From NCBI GenBank assembly GCA_963514005.1, contig OY740787.1, positions 59,706,001 through 59,770,000 on the forward strand: a stretch of DNA of 64,000 bases, read 5' to 3'. The notes below the pieces were generated by a model. It did not search any database and was not told where the DNA came from. It saw nothing but the letters and a program-made list of their open reading frames with translations. Source of the stretch: Raja brachyura (lineage: Eukaryota). Below are positions 49,301 to 58,300 of this stretch, in pieces. How positions within the stretch are numbered: position 1 is the stretch's first letter; every line of letters begins with the position of its first letter. Position numbers and translations under genes: made by a program.

Positions 49301-52300
49301 ACGGTAGAGAAAATTGGAAAAGCCTTGTTTTGCAAAACACAGTGTTGGAGGAATTCGGCAGGTCAGACATTCTGTGGAGGGAATGGACATATGATGTTAT
49401 GGGTTGGGACCTTGCTTTACACTCTCACTTTTGTTTTCTCAATATTGTAATCCTACCTTTCTTTAGTCTACATGCTAAGCTTCATTAATGAAATACAGGT
49501 TACTTGCTAATATTTCTAATTTGAGGCTTTGATACTGGAATCAGATATAAAGAACACAAACCTTTGTGAAAGGACAACTTTTCCAAAGCGTTCGTGACTC
49601 AACCAGAATACCCAGCCATCAGACAAAAACGATTTGTTAATTACCACTGTTAGCACTTGTTAACAGCCAGTAGTTAACTAGTTATACAATGTGTCATCAA
49701 TGCATCGATCCACATTCCTCAGTAAGTGTAATTGTGTTTTCACCAAGTATTAATAACGATGTGTTCCTTTGAATAAAATTCACGGGACTCCCGAGATCGA
49801 TGTATTGATGACACATTGAGAATTTGTTAAAACTCACTGTCATGATTGAGAGCTCTGGACCGCGAGCACGGGCTTCTTCTTGGTGTGCAGGTAAAGTCAT
49901 TCACCTACCAACCCACGTTGTGTCTCTCTGTGTTTCACGCTCTCCCTCCCTCCCTCTCTCCCGTGTGCTCTCACTCTCCCGCTCCCCTTCTTCCCCTCGC
50001 TCTCTCACTCCCTTTCTCTCACCCTGTCGCCTCGGCATTTTCGGAATCATTTGACGTTTTGCGGAGACGGCTGCATCTGCGATTCCTTTCTGTTTGGGGT
50101 GTGGGTCCCGGGCCCGTGGTGGCTCCTGATCCATTTCCTCCAGCACTTGTTTGGCTCTGGAGTTGGAGGTGGACACAGGGGGCTGTGGTGGCTCAGCGGG
50201 ACAGGCAGCGGCTCTGGAGAGAGGGTTGCGTTTCTGGTCGAGACCCTTCTTCAGACAAACACAAGTACTCTCACCGACGACAGTTCAGTTCAGTCTGAAG
50301 AATGGTCTTCTCTCCAGAGTCGCTGAGCTGCCTGTCCTGCTGAGTTACTCCAGCAGTCTATCTTCAATTTTAGAGTTAAATAAAATTTCTCACGGGGGGC
50401 CAAAGGTTAGGTTGTTAACCAACAAAGATAGATCAAGAACAATGTTGCTGTACTGAGGGATAGCCAAATCTATCCCTTATTGCTAGTAGCTGATGGGAAG
50501 CGGCTGTAAAAGGACAGCGCAGCTGGGGGGGGGGGGGGGGGGGAGGGAGAGGAGTTCCTTTCACAGCGTGTGGGGAGTCTGGCCAGGGGTAAAGTAGCGG
50601 GGAGGGCAGGAGCGTTGAGAAGGAGGGGGTTGGGGATCATGCCAGCATCCAGCTGAGGTCCCGGCGGCCGCTCGCAGCCATGCGAGCTGCTTCCCTCCCC
50701 GGCCACAATGCGGTGACTCTGCGCTTGGAGCGCCGCGGCAGCGGTGAGTGAGTGGGTTACTGGCATGATCCCTGACCCCCTCCTTAACGCTTTTGCCCTC
50801 CCCGCAACTTTACCCCTCCCTCCAATTGGTCCTTTGAACTAGTATTGTCATTCAATAAGATCACAACTGATTCGACTTGTCCCAGTATTCTCCCGTTTTT
50901 CCCACCATCTCTCCACCTGCCATCACCCTCCACCCCCCACCCATTCAGTAATTCAGAAAGAAGGAGATTTAGAAGCCTTGGGCAAATTGAGTTGTTACTT
51001 TCTTTATTTTTTATTTTTACGGAGAGGAGAACAATCTGCACATGCGCAGTTTAAGATTTTTTTTAAAGCCGACTGACTGTCTACCCTGAGTAATTACTCA
51101 CGGCACGTGCCTGAATACGACTCAGTTATAATTATATTTATATTTTTGTGAAAATTGTTCCCAATTGGTCCCCGCACCTCCTAAGGCCGGCCCTGCCCAC
51201 TTCCAATAAAAGTTGGAAACGTACAGTTTCTAGTAATCTCTTTTCTTTTAAATCCTTTGTTTGGTTGAAAACATTATTGGTCACTATTCCCAAATACTTT
51301 GAGGGTAATAGTTCAGTTTAGAAATACAACGTGGAGTGCACGCCAACCATTGTTTACACTAGTTCTATGTTATCCCACTTTTGTATCCAACACACCAAGG
51401 GCAATTTACAGAGGCCAATTGACCAACAAACCCACATGGTTTTGGAATGTGGGCGAAAACCAGAGCACCTGGAGAAAGCCCACATGGTCACAGGGATTAC
51501 ATACAAATTGTGCACAGACAGAATCCGAGGTCAGGATCGAGCGTGGGTCTCTAGCGCCGTGAGATAACAGCTCTACCGCTGTGCCGCCCACAGCGAGATA
51601 GTAAACTGTCCAATTATTGCAGTTCTTGGGGGAAATCTACCATCTGTATCATTGGGCAATTTTATTTCAATTTTTGACTGCAGTGATGTTAAAGAAGAAT
51701 GTATTTCCAAAATAGGATACTGTTGATTTTGAAGGGAAAGCTGCCTGCTTGCTACTTATGGTTTGCAAAATAATCTTGATTACTGAAAGTAAGCATGCAG
51801 GTACAGCAGGCAGTGAAGAAAACTAAGGGCATGTTGACCTTCATTGTGAGAGTTGAGTTTAGGAGCAAGGAGATCCTACAGCAGTTGTACAGGGCTGTTG
51901 TGAGACTGCACCTGGAGTATTGTGTGCTAGTTTGGTCTCCTAATTTGAGGAAGGACATTATTGCTATGGTGGATGCCAAGCCACAGTGGGGGCCAATTCA
52001 CTGGATGTTTTCAAGAGAGTTAGATTCAGCTCTTAGGGCTAAAGGAATCAAGTGATATGGGGGGGGGGAAGCAGGAGTGAGATACTGATGTTAGATGATC
52101 AGCCACGATCATATTGAATGGCGGTGCTGGTTCGAAGGATGGAAGGGCCTACTCCTGCGCCTATTTTCTGTGTTTCTATGGTTGAGTTGCAGCAATAATC
52201 AATTTATGCAGTCCATTGCTGTTCTGGAGCCTTTAAATGCTCAGACTGGTTGATGGTGTCCCAATCAAACAGGCTACATGATCCAAGGATAATGTAGGAT

Positions 52301-55300
52301 TCTTTGCAAGTAACAAAATTATATTGATATGATTTTTAACTTATTTGATCCAGTGCTACAACTTTATAAAGCCACAACGTCTTTCATGGGAACATGGACA
52401 ACGTGTCTGTCAGAGCCTTGGGGGTAACTTGCCAACTATAGCCAATTCCGTCGAACAAGGTATGTTATGAGTTGAATACTAATGTGAAATGTAAACTTTG
52501 GGAACAATCTTATCAGGAAAATCTGTGCACAGCGAGAAGCACCCATCAGCAGTCCAGCACCCATCAGCAGTCCAGCATCTGCCAATCAATTCCTCCCTGC
52601 CTTTTTCCTGCCCACACCTCTTTATCAGCTTTCTACCCCCTTTCTACATTTGCTCTGAAGAAGTGTCCCTACACAAAACGTTCCCTTTCCCTCCACAGAT
52701 GCTGCCCGACTTGCTGAGTTCCTCCAACACTTTGTTTTTCTTGAAACGCTCTGCTGCTTATGATTGTCCTACCAAAAAAGCTTTGGTTGAAGTGAAATTG
52801 AAAATGTTCTTTTGCACATCGTTGGGTTTTTAATTTATTAACTTTTTAATGTTTGTTTATTATATTATCTATTGAGTACTGTGTTTGTAAACCCGTTGTG
52901 CTGCTGCAAGTAAGAATTTAATTATTTTCTTTTGGTATATAAGACAATAAAACTCTTGACTCTTGAACCATGTAGTTGTTTGGGAGATGAAGATTAAAAC
53001 GAGCATGGGTTATCAGTGCTTCCGAGAAACTGCCGTGCAAGGCACAGTTCATTTCAATTGAGAAACCAAATTTAAAAAACAACTTTTTTGTACTAAAGTG
53101 TTAGAGATGGCTGAAATATCAATCTGGGCCAGCAGGGAGCATTCGTGTCATGTGTCTCCAAAACATGGTTCAGTGGTAGAAACAAGGAACTGCAAATGCT
53201 GGTTTATACCAATGAGACGCAAAGGGCGGAAGTAACTCAGCGGAGAATTAAAGGTTTCAAAGGTCTTTTATTGTCATGTGCACCACATAAGGTACAGTGA
53301 TATTCGTATTACCATACAGCCATACTAAAAAAAAAAGCAACAAGACACAACTACATAAAAGTCAACATAAACATCCACCACAGCGGATTCCACATTCCTC
53401 ACTGTGATGGAAGGCAATAAAGTCAAACCTTCCCTCTTTTTTCTCCCCAAGTGGGGGCAGTTGAACCATCCGCAGTCGGGGCAGTCGAAACTCCTGCGGC
53501 TTGGAGCTCCCAAAGTCGGTCTCTAAGCAGAGACCGTGAGCTCCACGATGTTAAAGTCCGCAGGCTCCCACGGTTGGAGCTCAGTGGTGGTTCCCTGGCA
53601 AAGGGATCGCCTGCTCACGATGTTAAAGTCGCGCAGGCTCCCACGGTTGGAGCTCCCGAAGTCGGTCTCCAGCAAAGGCCGCCAACTGCACGGTTAGGCA
53701 GCAGGGTGGACGGAGATACGATACGGAAAAAAATCGCATCTCCGTCGAGGTAAGAGATTTAAAAAAGGTTTCCCTGACCCGCCACCCCCCCCCACGTAAC
53801 ACAAGCTGCGAGAACACTGAAAACATACATTAAACACATACTAAAGAAACAACAGAGAAGGAAGGGACAGACAGACTGTTAGCGAGGCAGCCATTGCTGG
53901 CGCCTCCCGGAGGTGATCAAGCAGCATTACTGGAGAAAAAGGATGGGTGACGTTTTGAGTCTGGATTCTTCATCAGACTAAAAGTAGGGAGTGTGGGGGA
54001 GAGCTGAAGGAGAGGACGGGGGAGAGCCGAAGGAGAGAAAAGCAATGGTACTTTATTGTCACCCAAGTAAAGTGAAATTCTTTACATACAATTCAGTTAC
54101 ATTCCTACTATACGTTAGGCACAATTGTATTAAGCAGAGTATAAGGCAGCAGACCACACTGAGTTAGTACACAAGAGTTGCCACGTTTCAGACGCCATGT
54201 CGAAACTTATAACTTTTCAGTTTTGAGTTATAAAAATGTATCTCCAAATTTTATGAGCTGTTAGTTGGTGATCTCAAAGTATATGCTGGCTGCCAAATGC
54301 CACGCAATTCACAATCGCCTTAAAACCAACCCAGATGGAAAATACACCATGTTATTGACTTTGAGAGTTGAAGTGGGAAGACGAGTATGAAATAATACTG
54401 TTTGCCACATGTGGTGCTTTTTGTGTGACAGTACTCACCCGCACCCCATCTAAAAAGTTTAAAAACAACAGTTTAACATATTTTAGAATTTTTGCGATAA
54501 CAAAAAGATCACTAAAGTTTTTTTAATTTTATTAAGTAAATTAGGTAGTCAGATCCTTAAATTAGATATGCTGGCTGTTGGTGATCTCAAAGTTTAGCCT
54601 GGCTGCCAAATGCCAGGCATGTCCTGACAATTGCCTCAAAACCAACCGTATGGAAAATACATCATGTTATTGACATTGAGAGTTGAATTAAGGAAAAGAC
54701 TTTGAGGAACAGCAGATCACTTTTTGTTTTATTGACTGAAGCTGATCTCAAATTTGTTTATCTTTCGATTAACAGATTTTATTGTATCACATTTACCGTC
54801 ACTGCCACAACGCTTCTGGCTTGGTATGCAGCCTTCAAGTGGAATTGGAAACAACGTTTGGGTGACAGGAAGACCTGTTAATTACCACAATTGGCTCTCA
54901 TCATTTAGAGTTGAGATGGAGCTAGATTTAGATGTAAGTAAAATCCTTTGTAAATTTTGCAGCGTTTAAAATGGTCCCAAGAGGTTTAGTTTAACGATCA
55001 GCTTGGAAACGGGCCCTTCGGCCCACCGAGTCCACACCGACCATCAATCACCCATTCACACTAGTTCTGTGTTATCCCACTTTCTCATCCACTCCCTACA
55101 CGTGACAGGCATTTAACAGAGGGCCAATTACCTAATAAACCCGCACGTCTTTGTAATGAGCACTAGGGGAAACCCACCGTGCTGCCGTGTGCCACTTTAC
55201 TGCCTGAATTGGAGGGTATTAGCTACAGTGCCCTCCATAATGTTTGGGACAAAGACCCATCGTTTATTTATCTGCCCCTGTGCTCCACAATTTGAGATTT

Positions 55301-58300
55301 GTAATAGAAAATATTACATGTGGTTAAAGTGCACATTATCAGAATTTATTAAATGCCATTTTTATACATTTTGGTTTCACCATATAGAAATTACAGCAGC
55401 GTTTGTATATAATCCCCCCATTTCAGGGTACCATAATGTTTGGGACACATGGCTTCACAGGCATTTGTAATTGCTCAGGTGTGTTTAAATGCCTCCTCAA
55501 TGCAGGTATAAGAGAGCTTTCAGTACATAATCTTTCCTCCAGCCTTTCCATCACCTTTGGAAGCCTTTATTTCTGTTTATCAACATGAGGACCAAAGTTG
55601 TGACAATTAAAGCCAAAGAAGCCATTATGAGACGGAGAAGCACGAATAAAACTGTTGAGACATCAGCCAAACCTCAGGCTTACCAAAATCAACTGTTTTG
55701 AACATCATTAAGAGGAAAGAGAGCACTGGTGAGCTTACTAATCGCAAAGGGACTAGCAGACCAAGGACGACCTCCACAGCTGATGACAGAAGAATTCTCT
55801 GTATAATAAAGAAAAATCCCAAATACCTGTCCGACAGATCAGAAATGCTCTTCTTGAGTCAGGTGTTGATTTGTCAATGACCTCTGTCCGCAGAAGACTT
55901 CATGAACAGAAATACAGAGGCTACACTGCAAGATGCAAACCACTGGTTAGCTTCAAAAATAGGATGGCCAGGTTACAGTTTGCCAAGAAGTACTTAAAAG
56001 AGCAGTCACAGTTCGGGAAAAAGCTCTTGTGGAAAGATGAGACGAAGATTAACATATCAGAGTGATGGCAAGAACGAAGTATGGAGGAGAGAAGGAACTG
56101 CCCAAGATCCAAAGCATACCACCTCATCTGTGAAACACGGTGGTGGGGGTGTTATGACCTGGGCATGTATGGCTGCTGAAGGTACTGGCTCACTTTTCTT
56201 CATTAATGATACAACTGCTGATGGTAGTAGCATAATGAATTCTGAAGTGTATAGACACATCCTATCTGCTCAAGTTCAAACAAATGCCTCCAAACTCATT
56301 GGCCGGCAGTTCATTCGACAGCAAGATCCCAAACATACTGTTAAAGCAACAAAGGAGTTTTTAAAAGCTAAAAAATGGTCAATTCTTGAGTGGCCAAGTC
56401 AATCACCTGATCTGAACCCAATTGAGCATGCCTTTTATATGCTGAAGAGAAAACTGAAGGGCACTAGCCCCCAAAACAAGCATAAGCTGAAGATGGCTGC
56501 AATACAGGCCTGGCAGAGCATCACCAGAGAAGACACCCAGCAACTGGTGATGCCCATGAATCGCAGATTTCAAGCAGTCATTGCATGCAAAGGATATGCA
56601 ACAAAATACTAAACATGACTACTTACATTTACATGACATTGCTGTGTCCCAAACATTATGGTGCCCGGAAATGGGAGGACTATGTATAAATACTGCCGCA
56701 ATTTCTACATGGTGAAACCAAAATGTATAAAAATGGCCTTTATTCAAATCTGACTGTGCACTTTCACCACATGTGATTTTTTTCTATTACAAAATCTCAA
56801 ATTGTTGAGTTCAGAGACAAATAAATTAATGATGGGTCTTTGTCGCAAACATTATGGAGGGCTCTGTATAAAGAGAGGTCAAACAAATTTCGATTCTATC
56901 CTCTGGAGTTCTTTAGTTCTTTACATGACTTCCAATGAACCTCCACAATATAATCCTGTTCTTTAACATGAATCTCTGAAGAGGAAAGTCAGATAAATAT
57001 TTTATATCTCAACCTTTCATCTTTTACTCTTTCAGTTTTCTTGCATGTTCTCTTTTGGTAAAGTTGGCGCAAAACTAGTTTAAGAAATACGGGGAAACAA
57101 GAACTGCAGGTGCTGACATTTTTTTTAAAAGACGTAAAGTGCTGGAGAGTAACTCAGTTGGTCAGGCGACCTCTGTGAAGAACACGAATAGGTGACAATA
57201 CCCCGCGCATCCGAAACGTCACTTAGCTATGTTCTCCAGTGATGCAGCCTGACCTGCTGCTCCAGCACTTCACGACTTTAAAAAAAAAACCTCTGTCTCA
57301 AAGGGATGAATTAATGCTCAACAGAAGATGAGAAACTGCAACTTTGTAATTCAGAAAAATTCTGCTGCTTTATTGTGAATTTTGTTTTCAGCTCTTTAAT
57401 CTAGAAAAACGCTGTGCTCTGCTGCTCAATGAGGCTCACAGTTCATACATTGGAAAATGGGATTTTGTAGTGTGTGAGGATCAGCAAATCATTGCTGTAT
57501 GCCAAAAATTTCAAGGTATATACCTTTTATTTCTTACACAGTTCCCACCGATCGTAAACACACATTGAACCTGTATTTCAACAACATGCTTTTTAACTTG
57601 ACTTTGCACTTCACTTCAAACTTTAGAGATACAAGGTGGAAATAGGCCCTTCAGGCCACTGAGTCTATGCCGACCAATGATCACCCCATACACTAACACT
57701 ATCCTACACAGCGGAGACAATTTACAGAAGCCAATTAACCTATGAGCCTGCACGTCATTCAAATGTGGGAGGAAACCCATGCGGTCACAAGGAGAATGTA
57801 CAAACTCTGTACAGACAGCACCCGTAGTCACGATCGATCTCAGCTCTCTACCGCTGTGCTCCTGTTCCACCATCTTGGGTGCGAGTGGGATAATGTCGCT
57901 TAGGAGAATTAAGCTAATTAATTCTTAAGCTACTGTACTGTCCAATTCACTCCATCATGGACTTTGGACATTGTCTATGGAATTGGTGCACTACAATGTA
58001 CTACTTGAATTTAGCTAGAATGTATTGATGTGTGATATTATCTGTGTTTAGATAGTATGCAAAACAAAGCTTTTCACTGTACCTCGGTACACATGCCAAT
58101 AACAAACATGAACCTAAACTTTTCTATGTTCTATATAAAATTGAGTAACATTCTCCCCCACAATTAAAATGTGGACAGTGGAAATGTCGGAGACGTGCAT
58201 TTGGAGAGAATCAGGTTTGTCCTAATGGACAAATATGAACTTTTTGAACAAATATGGTTTCCATTCACTGACTATTTGAAGGGGTAGCTGAGCTCAGCAT

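Noticed and set aside
50380-51195. CpG-island promoter
   Set aside because: The patch is short and ends in a hAT-like terminus (aggccggccctg). It is more likely a transposon remnant, and no partner TIR was found to call it firmly.
51615-51660. LGGNLPSV peptide resembling the 52354 exon (a second exon duplicate?)
   Set aside because: Only about 8 codons match, with no downstream donor or upstream continuation; it cannot be told from chance.
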